A program made the translations under genes and the position numbers. Under the pieces are notes generated by a model that did not search any database, was not told the DNA's origin, and saw nothing but the letters and a program-made list of their open reading frames with translations. From the human T2T-CHM13v2.0 reference genome, Homo sapiens, in NCBI RefSeq assembly GCF_009914755.1, contig NC_060939.1: 64,000 nt of DNA; one strand, written 5' to 3'. Shown in pieces: positions 63,475 to 64,000 of this stretch (the stretch's first letter is position 1; every line of letters starts with the position of its first letter).

Positions 63475-64000
63475 CTGATAAAGGAAAAGAAAAACAAATC
63501 ATTTACCTTTTAAGAAAATGTCCTTAATAAGGTGAGCAAGAACATCCAACAATTCAGCACACTGAAATACCAAAATTCACAGTTAATATTAGAGACACTC
63601 TGAAAGGACCTTAATAATTATGGAAAGTTTTTTGTTTGCTTTTAAGAGACAGGAAACGACACACAGGAACTTCCTTTGTTTTTAACTTAATTTGGACAGC
63701 TGCTCTATATTCATTTCATGCAAGCTGAAATCAGTATTCAAGCTAATTCTGCAACTTTATACTTAGAAAAGAATAAAAGTTGGAGCGGTATTATCTTAAA
63801 ATATCTAATGGCACGTAAACATTTAAAAGCATCTCTTATGTTTTACAAACGAAGGGAAAGTTAAATGCCTCTGAACACAGTAATTATAAATATACATGTC
63901 ACAGGAAAACAGATAAAACCATTAATAGGTTTGGCAAATGGCTGCTTTAACGTCACAAACATGACTACTCTACCTAGTTTCAGTTTTGCTACAGAATTAC

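Overview
Primate (almost certainly human) genomic DNA lying wholly inside TJP1 (ZO-1), transcribed on the minus strand. Ten GT-AG coding exons (canonical exons 2-11, about codons 10-469) splice into one open frame covering PDZ1, PDZ2, the PDZ2-PDZ3 linker and the start of PDZ3. The rest is intron (intron 2 about 27.3 kb, intron 8 about 18.4 kb) filled with about 30 Alus, decayed L1/L2/MIR, LTRs and DNA-transposon fossils. Nearly all entries in the ORF track are Alu/L1 or chance ORFs. I see no prokaryotic-type system, CRISPR array or RNA gene, and nothing I can defend as a wholly new biological system. The best second-look items are: an exact 28-nt copy of exon-5 coding sequence in intron 4; a ~240-bp fold-back inverted duplication inside an old L1; predicted circular or truncated ZO-1 products; and candidate cryptic or terminal exons around exon 10. 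Repeat subfamily names and repeat boundaries come from recognising consensus by eye and are approximate. Exon numbering is from memory of the canonical transcript.
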